A DNA stretch of 64,000 bases from a virus (IMGVR_UViG_3300020429_000539:268263-332262); one strand, 5' to 3'; shown: positions 10,085 to 19,904, counted from the stretch's first letter. Made by a program: numbers and translations. The notes: a model not told the origin generated them from the letters alone.

Positions 10085-11314
10085 ATGGACAATCATGTCA
10101 ATCAACTTGTGAAGATTGCTGGTAGCCTTGATAAGGCTGGTGGCGATAAGTTCGCTTCGCGGCTGGATGCAATATCCGACAAGCTTCTTGGCGTGAAGGT
10201 CGCTCAGTATGTTGGCTTGCAAGGTTATTGGATTCGCAATACACGCTGTTGGTCGAATTGTTACCGTCAAAAGAGAGCAGGCAATCCTGATATGCCAGCC
10301 CAAGAGGTCTGGGGCAAGTGTCATGAAGAGTATCTTGCTTCAATAAATAATGATGGCAGCAAGTGGGATAAATATGCCGAAAGCGAAGAGGGTCGAATCA
10401 AGGTAGCATCCGCGAAGGCTGAGCTAGATGCGAAGCTCGCCAAAGCAATCGAAAGAAATAAGAAAGAAGGCATGTCTCTTGGCAATGCCATTTTTGCTGG
10501 TATTGAAGAAATGCAGGGCGATAACTCTCAAGAGTTCATTCGAATCGCTACTGATTTATTCGAGTTGGCATCGGATGCCTTCGAGAAGTATCCATCCGAG
10601 TCTGTGACTCTTGCTAAGGTCGCTGAGCAACTAACCAAAGAGGCTCAGAGCAGCATCGGCAATTTCTTCAGAGGTATCGGCAATATGGGCCGTGGTATCG
10701 GTAATGCGGTTGGCGATGTGGCAAGCGGCGTCAAGCAGAACATAACCATTAATACTCAGCTTAGCGCGATGGACCGTGCGGTGCAGCAGATTATGGCTGA
10801 GGTTACTCGTCTTAATGAGGCAAAGAATGGTCTTGTTCAGTTTTTGAGCAACAATCCTGGTCGCACGCCAAATCAGGTTCAGAACTCGCAGCAAGTTCTT
10901 GCGGCTCTTCAGCAGCTTATGCCCGGAGATGCAAGACAAGTGGGTCAGAAGTGGCAGAATATTAGACAGCAGATACAACAGAATTTCCAAGGCCAATCGC
11001 AACAGCAACAGGCGCAGCCAGCGGCTCCCGCAGCACAACAAGCTCAGCAGCCGGCTCCCGCAGCATCGCCTGTGACAAATGCGGAGCAAGCTATGCAGGC
11101 AATGAGCAACCTCGACCCGACAACGGCTCTTGAGGTTGCTCGCAGGTTAGAACAGGCAGCAAATGCAGCAGGCATTGGTGGACAGATGTCAGGAGCCCGC
11201 GTGGGCGATTACTTGAGCGGAGATCAGACCGCTCTTGCTAAATCAATGAAGACAGTTAAGCTCGGAGGTTATAACCGAGCTAGGCAAAAGGTTCAAAATA
11301 TTGGAGGAGCCTAA
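10085..11314 (+). CDS. Putative internal head protein, Gln/Ala-rich
   Basis: LVKIAG, VKVAQ, IKVAS and TKEAQS motifs. CWSNC...C cysteine cluster. Confidence 0.7.
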   Translation: MDNHVNQLVKIAGSLDKAGGDKFASRLDAISDKLLGVKVAQYVGLQGYWIRNTRCWSNCYRQKRAGNPDMPAQEVWGKCHEEYLASINNDGSKWDKYAESEEGRIKVASAKAELDAKLAKAIERNKKEGMSLGNAIFAGIEEMQGDNSQEFIRIATDLFELASDAFEKYPSESVTLAKVAEQLTKEAQSSIGNFFRGIGNMGRGIGNAVGDVASGVKQNITINTQLSAMDRAVQQIMAEVTRLNEAKNGLVQFLSNNPGRTPNQVQNSQQVLAALQQLMPGDARQVGQKWQNIRQQIQQNFQGQSQQQQAQPAAPAAQQAQQPAPAASPVTNAEQAMQAMSNLDPTTALEVARRLEQAANAAGIGGQMSGARVGDYLSGDQTALAKSMKTVKLGGYNRARQKVQNIGGA

Positions 11315-11317
11315 GTT

Positions 11318-12064
11318 ATGAAGTTTTACACAAACAAAATCTCAACCAACAAAACTGGTAGTTTCTCAGAGCTAATTAAGACGGCCCTGGGCAACGAGCA
11401 GCAGGTTAAGACTGCTTCCTCGGAGGCAAAGCTTAGCAAGACTGCACAAGAAGCTGGCATCAATGATGACGGCGAAGGTAAGCGTGAGGGCAAGCATTGG
11501 ATCGAAGGTTCGCCTTCTGATGACAATGGCGAACCCGAAGCTGATGGAGAAGTTAAGACCGTTGAGCCAGCAGGCCTCGACTCGGGCAAAGAGACCATGA
11601 GCGAAGCCGAAGGCGAGACCAAACTTGCTTCTGACGAGGGCGATTCTGGTCCTGCTAAGGGCGATGGTCCTGGCGATGATGACGACCTCGAAGGCAAGAA
11701 CGAGGGTCGTTTTCCCGAGCCCGACCGTGAGTCGAGCGACTGCTACACGCAGGAAGCCGAGGACGATGGCAAAGCTGAAGTTAAGGCCTCTGCTAAGAAG
11801 CAGAAGAAAGAGGCTGGTGAACTACCTGACGCCCTCAAGGAGCATCAGTTCAAGTCCAAGGACTCGAAGGATGACGATGACGGACACGACGATGCAGACG
11901 GTAAGGAAGACGATGCTGACAAGGAGGCATGCAACGCTTCTGCTAAGGTTTCTAGCCTTGAGAAGATTGCTAACCTTTCGCCAAAGGCTAAGGCTCGTTT
12001 GAAGTCTTACTGGAACATGGTTTATCCCGAAGCATACGCTGACGCGATGACCCAGGATAAGTAA
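11318..12064 (+). CDS. Acidic disordered head-associated protein
   Basis: GGAGGAG RBS. VKTASS, SKTAQ, KKEAG and EKIAN motifs. Strong codon bias as in highly expressed genes. Confidence 0.78.
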   Translation: MKFYTNKISTNKTGSFSELIKTALGNEQQVKTASSEAKLSKTAQEAGINDDGEGKREGKHWIEGSPSDDNGEPEADGEVKTVEPAGLDSGKETMSEAEGETKLASDEGDSGPAKGDGPGDDDDLEGKNEGRFPEPDRESSDCYTQEAEDDGKAEVKASAKKQKKEAGELPDALKEHQFKSKDSKDDDDGHDDADGKEDDADKEACNASAKVSSLEKIANLSPKAKARLKSYWNMVYPEAYADAMTQDK

Positions 12065-12094
12065 TCAGTCTGCCAAGGCTAAAAGGAGTCAGTT

Positions 12095-12811
12095 ATGAGT
12101 TTAGTTCCATCAGGTCGGCGTAGGGTCCAAGTTGCGCAAAGTTTCTCTTCTCAGTCCACGGGGCTGGGTGGCGATGATGTTGCGCAGGATTCATTCTATG
12201 CCGACCCGCAACAGCAGCAAGGGCAGCAGGAGGCCCCGGCCTTCGATTTTAATGCTCTACAGCAAAACATGGAACAAGACCAAGCTGCTCCACAGCCTTC
12301 GGCAGAGGATATTGACGGCGCAGTAAACGGAGAGCAAGGCGGAGATTCCGACCTTGCCGGAAACTTGGAAAGCTTCATTATACAGAGGCTTGTTTCACTG
12401 GGTGTCCCCGAGCGAATGTTCGGAGGCAAGGATGGGGTTGACCCGTTCTTCCAATGGGATGAGGATTTGGATAGCGAGACAAGCTCAGGTTTCTATCTGA
12501 TTCCATCGTTTACGGCGACTCAAAAAATTGGCCGAGACGAGGCCAAACAGCTAGCTACTGAGATTGGTCAGAAGTTCAACCTTTCTCAGAAAATCACCAA
12601 AGAAGGCCGAAACTACAAAGTTAAGTTTCAGACCAAAATCGCAGAGCCCGAGGCTGCTCAGTTTGGAACCTCATTGGATGATGTTATCAAGCCAGGAACT
12701 TTTCAGCAAGGAGATTCCAAGGCGGCTTCGAGTAGGCATCCATACATTACAGGTTCCAAAGATAGCGTCTTGGCAAGTATTCAAAAGCAACTCGATAGGA
12801 GAGTAAAATAA
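12095..12811 (+). CDS. Hypothetical head-associated protein
   Basis: AAGGAG RBS. RRRVQVAQS near the N-terminus. Confidence 0.75.
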   Translation: MSLVPSGRRRVQVAQSFSSQSTGLGGDDVAQDSFYADPQQQQGQQEAPAFDFNALQQNMEQDQAAPQPSAEDIDGAVNGEQGGDSDLAGNLESFIIQRLVSLGVPERMFGGKDGVDPFFQWDEDLDSETSSGFYLIPSFTATQKIGRDEAKQLATEIGQKFNLSQKITKEGRNYKVKFQTKIAEPEAAQFGTSLDDVIKPGTFQQGDSKAASSRHPYITGSKDSVLASIQKQLDRRVK

Positions 12812-13593
12812 TGGGCAGACTTCAGAAAACATCTGATCAAGTAAACTTGAGCATCTTTGATACGCTCGCTCAGGAACACATCAACATTGAGGATCGTGAG
12901 CCTGAGATGAAGTCGCGTGCAGAGAGGCAGTCGGCCTTTGATCGCTCATTTGAAGAAATGGCCGACTCTCCTAAGTTGTCGCATAACAGCATCGATGAAT
13001 TCGACCTTGTTCGAGGTCGTCACAGCATTCGCTCGGCTGCCTGTGGCAATATTAGCGACGAAGGCTCCTCCAATAATGCTTACGGAGTCGCTGGTAAGAA
13101 TAGTGTTTTTGATCCCAACTTGTTAGACCGTATGGGCAAAGCTTCGTCAAACCGCGAACGAACAGCAGCAGAGAAGGCCTCTTCTCATGCTATCCGTGCT
13201 GCGAAGCAGTCTGAGTATCGTAATCAGATGTCGCCACAAGTAGGCGAGTCTGATGAGTCATACATCGGTCGTCATGCATCTTCGGTAGTTTCTAACTCGC
13301 AAACAGCACACCGTCATGGTTGGGTTCCAAATGGTTCTATCAGTATCTTTGATAACGAAGATTTTGAGAGAGTCAAGCCAACGCAGGGCGAATCTATGGA
13401 AAAGAAAGCTGCCACCGATGATAAGTCGTGGCAGCAGATCAAGAAGGCAAGCACAACCAAGGAAGCTGCCTCTGGTCTTTTTGATAAGCTAGCAGCGGAA
13501 GATGATTCTGCGAACTACAAAAATACGCAGAAAGAATCAACAGACCGTCTGTTCGATATTCTTCAGTCCCGCATGGGTACTGAGGGGGAGTAA
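12811..13593 (+). CDS. Hypothetical protein
   Basis: TAATG overlap with the upstream gene. 260 aa. Confidence 0.72.
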   Translation: MGRLQKTSDQVNLSIFDTLAQEHINIEDREPEMKSRAERQSAFDRSFEEMADSPKLSHNSIDEFDLVRGRHSIRSAACGNISDEGSSNNAYGVAGKNSVFDPNLLDRMGKASSNRERTAAEKASSHAIRAAKQSEYRNQMSPQVGESDESYIGRHASSVVSNSQTAHRHGWVPNGSISIFDNEDFERVKPTQGESMEKKAATDDKSWQQIKKASTTKEAASGLFDKLAAEDDSANYKNTQKESTDRLFDILQSRMGTEGE

Positions 13594-13596
13594 TGA

Positions 13597-14826
13597 ATGG
13601 CCTTGCCTCCGAGCGCAGTAGATGCGTTGAATACAAGTCAGATGGCGATTGACGATTTGGTCAATAATAACCTTGGGCAAATACCCGAAGGTTTGTCGCC
13701 TGATGAAGTAACGGAATACATGGCAAGGCAGAGGACAATGCTTGAACAAGCGATGAATACTATCCAAGTTTTGAATAACACTCAGAATCAAGTGGGCGAA
13801 ATAGTGGAAGACGCCGAATCAGCGCTTCCAGCTATGGCTTCGTCTTACTTTAACTTGGAGAGACTAGCTCAGGGTATGGGTATTGAAACACCTTTAACAG
13901 AGGAACCTCCTGTCGATGATGCAATGGAGGTTCCTACGCAAGATACAAGCCTCGACCCGAGCCAGAGCCTCTCCTTTGGTTCGCACGTTGATTTATTCAA
14001 CTGGATGGAAGACCAAGTTCAGGCAGGGGCAGATTCTACAGCCCTTAGACAGCAGCTTATTTCTGCTGTTGGCGACAATGAAATCATAACCTCAGACGGT
14101 CTACCTATAGAACCGGCAGAGGTAATTGCTGATATTGTGCCGAAATATGTAGAAGCCTTTGGGCCTGACCCCAGTGATACTGAGATGAGGGCTCAACTAG
14201 CAGAGAGGATTTTTAGAGTTATGCCACAGCAAGATTCAGGTTCGAATGAAATTTCGGTTGTTGAGCGAACTGTGGCCGAGACCAACGCCACGATTCGTCG
14301 AGCAGCTATAGAGTATGCCGCCCACCAGAAAAAGGCAAAGGGAGAGTCTTTCAATCTCAAGAAGACTGCTCAGCACAAGGCTCTAGAGAACGTTATTGTT
14401 CATGGACCAGGTGGTAATCGTATTGATCCATTTACGGGTTATTTGATTAGCGATTGGCACGTATACGAGCGCAACAAGGGTTGGGGCATTCGTCCAGGCG
14501 ATGCTCCGTTTGTTGATTACGAAGCCATCTGGCGAGATACGGTCATGGACAAATATAGCCGTCCATTCCGTGATAAGGACGGCAACTGGGTTGGTGGTTA
14601 CATTCAGAAGCGATTCGAAGTTGATAAGTGGATTCCTGAAACAAACAATCTTCAGTTGAAGCCCGGTCAGCGTCGTAAGCCATATCTTGCCGAGTATCGT
14701 TCGCACGAGGCAAGGCTACAGGATCTTCGTTCTAAAGAAGACTCCCGTGGTCGTGAGTTTAACGATACGAGTAAGCCCTTTAACTGGAAAGAAGCCCAAA
14801 GCGCTAAAAAAAAAGTAACGGGCTGA
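13597..14826 (+). CDS. Hypothetical head protein, short form of a probable frameshifted gene
   Basis: 409 aa with FNLERLAQ, FNLKKTAQ and FNWKEAQ motifs. Ends just after an A9 run. Confidence 0.8.
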   Translation: MALPPSAVDALNTSQMAIDDLVNNNLGQIPEGLSPDEVTEYMARQRTMLEQAMNTIQVLNNTQNQVGEIVEDAESALPAMASSYFNLERLAQGMGIETPLTEEPPVDDAMEVPTQDTSLDPSQSLSFGSHVDLFNWMEDQVQAGADSTALRQQLISAVGDNEIITSDGLPIEPAEVIADIVPKYVEAFGPDPSDTEMRAQLAERIFRVMPQQDSGSNEISVVERTVAETNATIRRAAIEYAAHQKKAKGESFNLKKTAQHKALENVIVHGPGGNRIDPFTGYLISDWHVYERNKGWGIRPGDAPFVDYEAIWRDTVMDKYSRPFRDKDGNWVGGYIQKRFEVDKWIPETNNLQLKPGQRRKPYLAEYRSHEARLQDLRSKEDSRGREFNDTSKPFNWKEAQSAKKKVTG

Positions 14827-15254
14827 AAACTACCAGTATTTTGCAAAACTCAAAAACCGCACAAGGCCGTCCTATGACGGACCCTTTTGTCATGCCCGAA
14901 ATTGGCGAGACACAGGGCGAGGCGCAGAGGCGAAACTCTCCTGCTTTGCAAAAGACATGCCCTGTGTGCCAGTCTACTAACGCGCCAGAGGCAACCAATT
15001 GCGCAAACTGTGGCTCGTCTCTAGAGACGCCGTACATGGTTCCTAGGCAGCAGAAGCAAAAGATGGCTCAGATTGGTAGCTACATGGTTAATCCACCTGC
15101 CAATCGTAATGTCATGAAGCCAACTACTGAAACGTTTGAAAGACGGGTTAAGAGGCCGATTCAGCAAAACTTGTCTGATGAGCATGCCGATATAACTGAC
15201 GAAGACCACATAATCCAGGTTGGCGAGTCAGCCAACGCTCTTGGTTTAGAGTAA
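14808..15254 (+). CDS. -1 frame extension carrying a zinc ribbon (CPVC...CANC)
   Basis: The -1 frame opens right after TAA 14805-14807, inside the A9 run, and reads KKSNGLKTTSILQNSKTAQG... without a stop to 15254. Confidence 0.65.
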   Translation, partial: KKSNGLKTTSILQNSKTAQGRPMTDPFVMPEIGETQGEAQRRNSPALQKTCPVCQSTNAPEATNCANCGSSLETPYMVPRQQKQKMAQIGSYMVNPPANRNVMKPTTETFERRVKRPIQQNLSDEHADITDEDHIIQVGESANALGLE

Positions 15255-15268
15255 GGAGATGAAGAACT

Positions 15269-17536
15269 ATGGCCGGTAAAAAGCCTATCAGGATGCAACT
15301 TCCCGATAAAAACACAAAGCGTATTGCTACCGCTGCGAGAACCAAGACTGGCGTAACACCCACACCAAAGAGTGTTTCTCCTGTTGCGGGTCTTGCTGCC
15401 AGCGCAACTGTTTCGATGCCCCTAACCCGTTCTGCTCAGTCAATCGGAGGTTCGGGCGCATTGTTTACGCAGCCTATGTTCTTCTCGCCGCTGCATACTC
15501 CTCAGAACTGGCAAATTGCTAGCAAGAGACAGGAAGTTTATCAATGGGCACGGTTCTACTATGAAAATGAACCCAAGGTGGCCGCAGGCATCGATTTTTA
15601 TTCTCAGTTTCCTATCAACGGATTCAAACTAGAATGCAAGAGCAAGAAGATTCAAGAATTCTTTGATAGACTTTGCGATAAGCTAGATATGTTACGGATG
15701 CTTCGTCTTATATCGCACGAGCGATTTCTGATAGGAGACGTTTTTGTCTTTCTTGAGTTTGATTCTCCGGACACTCGTGGCGAAACCGATGTTCCACCCG
15801 ATGAGTGGAACCACGCAGACGGAACGATATCTCGTATCATTGTTCTGAATCCTGATTGGGTCGAGGTATATACAACTCCGCTTGCTGATGATCCTGAAAT
15901 CGTCATGCTTCCTGATGATGAACTCAAGAAGATTGTTCAAATGAAGCAGCCTCGCTCCATTTATGACCGTCTTCCTGAACAAGTTAAGGAGCTTGTTGCC
16001 GCCGGTCGTCCTATCCGTCTATCTAATCGTGCTGTTAGTCACATCAAGCATGGCGGCGCTCCGTATGGTGTTTATGGAGAATCTTTGCTTCGTCGTTTGT
16101 TTACTATTTTGGCATACAAGACAAAATTGATGACAGCAAACTGGATTGTGGCCGAGCGCCTTGTTCTTCCTGTTCGTGTTGTTAAGATTGGCGATGAGAA
16201 GCGTCCTGCGGGCGAGGATGATATTGCAGATGTTCAGCAGCAGTTGGGCGCGGTTGCAAACGACCCCAATCTAACCTTAGTCACTCACCATGCATTCGAT
16301 TATGAGTGGTATGGAGCTACAGGCAAGATTCATAATATCACGAACGAAGTAGAGCTAATCGGCAAGGAACTCCTTGACGGCATGATGCTCAACCAGGCGT
16401 TGCTTAATGGTGAGATGGCAGCATATTCATCGGCTCAGGTTGGTGTCGAAATGCTTATTCGTCGCCTTGAGTCTTGGAGAAATGAACTTGCGGATTGGGT
16501 AGAGAAAAACGTTTTCTTGACCGTCGCAAAGATGCAGGGCTTTATCGATGAAGAGGCTACAAAGCAGAGCGGCGAAAAATGCTACATCTATCCAAAGATT
16601 AAGTGGGATGACCTCAAGCTTCGTGACCCATCCAATCGTATACAGCAGGCTATACAGTTGAATCAGAATGGTATCATTTCAAACCAGACATTGCTTGAAA
16701 TGTTTGATCTTGACTATGACCAGGAAGTTCAACGTTTGCGAGAAGAGCAAATTATGGCCGGACCCGCTGGCGATGTCATGGGTGGCGGCATGGGTGGCGG
16801 CGGCATGCCTGGTGGCGGCATGGGTGGCGGCGCAGGCGGCATGCCCGGTGGTGACCCGATGGGCGGCGGTATGGGCGGACCTATGGGCGACCCGATGGGC
16901 GGTGGCATGGGCGGAGCGCCCGGCGGAGGAATGGGAGGAGCCCCGATGGGCGGAGCGCCTGGCGGAATGGGTGCGGCGGCCGGTTCTGCCCCTCAGAGGG
17001 TATACAAGAAAGGCAAAGCGCCTAAAGCGAAAGAACCTTCTCCTGAAGAGCAGATGATGTACCAGCCAAAAACTTTGCAGCTAACCAAGCCAGAAGCAAA
17101 AACTTATAGAATATTGAACGACATCAATCCTCCTCATCAGCTATTTGCTCAGTTCAAAGTTCAGGTTCCTGGCGAATCACAGCCATTTGCTCTCGATTTT
17201 GCCTATCCTGAGATTGGTCTCAACATTGAGGCAGATGGCGAGAAGTGGCACACAAGCGTTGAAGACAAGCAGTCTGACAACCAAAGAGACGTAAAACTTG
17301 CAAATATGGGCTGGACTGTTATCCGTATCAGCGAGTCTGCCTTAAATGAGAATGCAGATGAAGTTAAGAGGCTCTTATTCGATAGTATCAAAGAAGCTGC
17401 TGCTTTAAGAAGGAAACATGGTAAATCTTCAACAAATAAACAAGGAAGGTATGTCCAGGCTTCCTATGAAGAGTTTTCAAGTCCTGGACTAATCAGTATT
17501 AGCAAGGCCAAGTTCTTGCCTGAGGAGCAGCCGTGA
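15269..17536 (+). CDS. Portal protein with Gly/Met-rich linker and C-terminal DUF559/Vsr-like endonuclease domain
   Basis: Portal-like core (WARFYYENEPKVAAGIDFYS, IIVLNPDWV, YGVYGESLL, GIISNQTLLEMFDLDYDQEVQR) between TerL and the protease. C-terminal FALDFAYP...IEADGEKWH...DNQRD..LANMGWTVIRISES. Confidence 0.82.
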   Translation: MAGKKPIRMQLPDKNTKRIATAARTKTGVTPTPKSVSPVAGLAASATVSMPLTRSAQSIGGSGALFTQPMFFSPLHTPQNWQIASKRQEVYQWARFYYENEPKVAAGIDFYSQFPINGFKLECKSKKIQEFFDRLCDKLDMLRMLRLISHERFLIGDVFVFLEFDSPDTRGETDVPPDEWNHADGTISRIIVLNPDWVEVYTTPLADDPEIVMLPDDELKKIVQMKQPRSIYDRLPEQVKELVAAGRPIRLSNRAVSHIKHGGAPYGVYGESLLRRLFTILAYKTKLMTANWIVAERLVLPVRVVKIGDEKRPAGEDDIADVQQQLGAVANDPNLTLVTHHAFDYEWYGATGKIHNITNEVELIGKELLDGMMLNQALLNGEMAAYSSAQVGVEMLIRRLESWRNELADWVEKNVFLTVAKMQGFIDEEATKQSGEKCYIYPKIKWDDLKLRDPSNRIQQAIQLNQNGIISNQTLLEMFDLDYDQEVQRLREEQIMAGPAGDVMGGGMGGGGMPGGGMGGGAGGMPGGDPMGGGMGGPMGDPMGGGMGGAPGGGMGGAPMGGAPGGMGAAAGSAPQRVYKKGKAPKAKEPSPEEQMMYQPKTLQLTKPEAKTYRILNDINPPHQLFAQFKVQVPGESQPFALDFAYPEIGLNIEADGEKWHTSVEDKQSDNQRDVKLANMGWTVIRISESALNENADEVKRLLFDSIKEAAALRRKHGKSSTNKQGRYVQASYEEFSSPGLISISKAKFLPEEQP
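16778..16975 (+). repeat. Low-complexity GGM/PMGG coding repeat inside the portal gene
   Basis: Imperfect tandem units such as atgggtggcggc, atgggcggcggt and gacccgatgggc. Confidence 0.9.
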
Positions 17537-17973
17537 CCCTAGTTTTTGAACTCATCAAGAAAGCCGAGCATACCGGCGGTCGCAAGCCCATTAAGGAGAG
17601 GGGCATCAAGTGGGAGGAGTCGTATCACGACAAGTCTCTTTCTCTCAAGAAGAAGTTTGATAAGCAGCTTGGTCCAGGCGGGTATTTTAGGTGGGGTGGT
17701 CACGACTCAACCACGAACTCGGATTACTATGTTGTTGTGGGGCCTTCGGTTCACAAGAAGCAGGGCAAGGTATTTTTCTCGGGCATTAAAAAGATGCCTC
17801 CTCTTGCAGATCAGAAGACCAAAACATATTCGCCGTATGGAGAGTATTTTCGTACAATGAAAGCTGCTCTTGCTTATGCAAATGACAAGTGGGGTGTTCC
17901 TACACCAAAAGGTACACCAAACTATACAAAAGAGCAGCTTGAGCCTGTGGATATTCCTCAGCACGTTAACTAA
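17533..17973 (+). CDS. Hypothetical basic protein
   Basis: GAGGAG RBS, GTG start. LIKKAE motif. Confidence 0.7.
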   Translation: MTLVFELIKKAEHTGGRKPIKERGIKWEESYHDKSLSLKKKFDKQLGPGGYFRWGGHDSTTNSDYYVVVGPSVHKKQGKVFFSGIKKMPPLADQKTKTYSPYGEYFRTMKAALAYANDKWGVPTPKGTPNYTKEQLEPVDIPQHVN

Positions 17974-17982
17974 GGGGTTATT

Positions 17983-19842
17983 ATGTCTCGCAACGAGCTA
18001 AAAACACTATACAATAAACTTGTTCGCTTTGCGGATTTCCCTATGTACGAGAACCAGGGAGCAGCCGCAGGCGATGAAGCAGAAAAAGCTCGTGTTTCTT
18101 GGAAGAGATTCAACGCGGGCGCTCAATCAAACCTTGTTCAGGGCGGTCCTTTGCCGCCTGAGATTGCCGAACGTCTCAAGAACAAGATGGACGAGTTTCG
18201 TAGCGAGTTTGAGCAGTTCGCCACGAACGATGCCACACAGCAAGCGTTGTCTAAGTATGCAGGTTTGATTTTTGCTTACTATGCGCCTGACTTTATCGGT
18301 AATGACTTTCCGAGTAAGACAAGGAAGCTACCAGATTATCTCAAGCAGACTCTTGAGTTTGTTCGCAGTAACAATATACAGTTACCAACTCTCGGTCAGG
18401 GCGGAGATAAGGGTATAGGCTCTGCTCACTTCATGAGTCACAACGGTCACGCATGGGCCGAATACGCTCAACAGAAACAGCTTGGTGGCCTTGGTCGTGC
18501 GCGTGGTTCGCAGAACCGCGAAGTTATGATGGTAACAAATCCTGCTATTGCAGAACGAAATGGCTGGTCCTATGGTTCGTTTGCTGTTCAAGATGGAGCA
18601 TCGGGCGCTGGTTTGTTCATAGACACTTCAGGCACTACTGGCGAGGGTTTGCAGCCTATTCTTTCGTTGCAAACAGGCGCAGACGCTCGTAAGAAGTTTT
18701 TCCAGCAAGGCTTGGACCCCAAAGGCAGCACGATTGTTCTTCCTCAAGGACCAAACGGTAACACTGCTGAGCCAGCGAAGAAATCTCAGATTGGTCGTTA
18801 TGTAGAGTTCAATGGTCGCGAGATTGCTCAAGACGCAGCAGGTAATCCTGTATGGAAACCAGGCCTAACTCCTGGTCAACAACGAAAAGCACAAGATGCT
18901 TGGGAGCGATATCAGCAGAACATGGAAGCAATGGAGAATGGGACGCTGTATCAAATGCGACTGCAAGAAGATGGCAGTATTATGCTTCGCAATATACAGA
19001 GCAACGAAACCTATCCAATGACTTCATCGCAGCTTCAGTCCTTGTTGAAGCCAGGATATTTAAGACCCGGTGTAACGCTTGCTCTCAAGCCCGCTGAAAC
19101 AGCGGAAGGACAGACCGAGGAAACAGGTAGATTTGGTACTTTTCGTCCATCCGAAGAGCTTATGGCTGACCTTTCTGCGGAAGATGGTCAAGGCTATTTC
19201 CGTATTGAGCAAGCCATAGGCCCCGGTCGTGGACCTAACCGTAATCCGTACAGTTTTGAGTCACTACGAGAGCTTCAGCATTATATTGGCGGTGGACGAG
19301 TATCTTTGAACGCATATCGCTTAGCTGTAATTGGGCCTCAGTTCTCAACTGCTACCAATCTTGGCGAGGGACAGGGTGTTGCGGCTAATCCGTTCATGAT
19401 GAGCCCTGAGCATGCGGTAGACCCTGCTGTCGATTCGCTCGCTGTCGATAGAGGCGTTCAGTGGGGTGTTTACATGACCACTGCTGCTCCTCAAAAGATA
19501 GAGGCTCAGGGTGTTAGAGGTTCTACTCCTTGGCGAAAAATAGCTCTTACAGATACCATCGAGGAAGCATTTAACTCTCTTGCGAGCGAGGCTGCAAAGG
19601 CAGATCCAAATGCAGACTTGGCTGCAATCGGTCAAGACGCTCAAAGGATTGCGCAGCAGGCTCTTGGTAAGGCTAGGGATATGCCTGCCGACGCTCAGTT
19701 GCCCGCGCCTGCGCCCGCTCCTGCTACCACACCTGCACAGCCACCAAACGTTAATGTCCAGAATGACGATAGAGGTATTGTTCAACCTGGAAATAGTACA
19801 ATGGCTTCGTTGCATCGTTTGATGCGGAAACTTAGCAAATAA
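17983..19842 (+). CDS. Putative internal head protein
   Basis: 619 aa, G/Q/A-rich. LVRFAD near the N-terminus. Lies between portal and protease. Confidence 0.7.
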   Translation: MSRNELKTLYNKLVRFADFPMYENQGAAAGDEAEKARVSWKRFNAGAQSNLVQGGPLPPEIAERLKNKMDEFRSEFEQFATNDATQQALSKYAGLIFAYYAPDFIGNDFPSKTRKLPDYLKQTLEFVRSNNIQLPTLGQGGDKGIGSAHFMSHNGHAWAEYAQQKQLGGLGRARGSQNREVMMVTNPAIAERNGWSYGSFAVQDGASGAGLFIDTSGTTGEGLQPILSLQTGADARKKFFQQGLDPKGSTIVLPQGPNGNTAEPAKKSQIGRYVEFNGREIAQDAAGNPVWKPGLTPGQQRKAQDAWERYQQNMEAMENGTLYQMRLQEDGSIMLRNIQSNETYPMTSSQLQSLLKPGYLRPGVTLALKPAETAEGQTEETGRFGTFRPSEELMADLSAEDGQGYFRIEQAIGPGRGPNRNPYSFESLRELQHYIGGGRVSLNAYRLAVIGPQFSTATNLGEGQGVAANPFMMSPEHAVDPAVDSLAVDRGVQWGVYMTTAAPQKIEAQGVRGSTPWRKIALTDTIEEAFNSLASEAAKADPNADLAAIGQDAQRIAQQALGKARDMPADAQLPAPAPAPATTPAQPPNVNVQNDDRGIVQPGNSTMASLHRLMRKLSK

Positions 19843-19844
19843 TA

Positions 19845-19879
19845 GAGGATTTTTCTATCACACATGCGTAGTTAGAAGG
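19845..19879 (+). promoter_or_regulatory. Putative class-A (late-type) promoter
   Basis: GAGG-N19-GTA followed by GTTAGAAG. A variant of the AAGG-N18/19-GAA motif found at other operon starts. Confidence 0.45.
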
Positions 19880-19904
19880 ACCGCAAACAATAAGAGGAAT
19901 ACTT

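Noticed and set aside
16778-16975. CRISPR-like or origin repeat
   Set aside because: In-frame imperfect codon repeats encoding GGM, with no spacers.
17090-17400. Intein with DUF559 homing endonuclease in the portal
   Set aside because: No N-terminal Cys block or C-terminal His-Asn splice motif. The domain is a terminal fusion.
17446-17470. AAGG-N18-GAA match in the portal 3' end
   Set aside because: Could be a promoter for 17533, but the short motif is expected by chance in purine-rich coding DNA and lacks the extended flanks.
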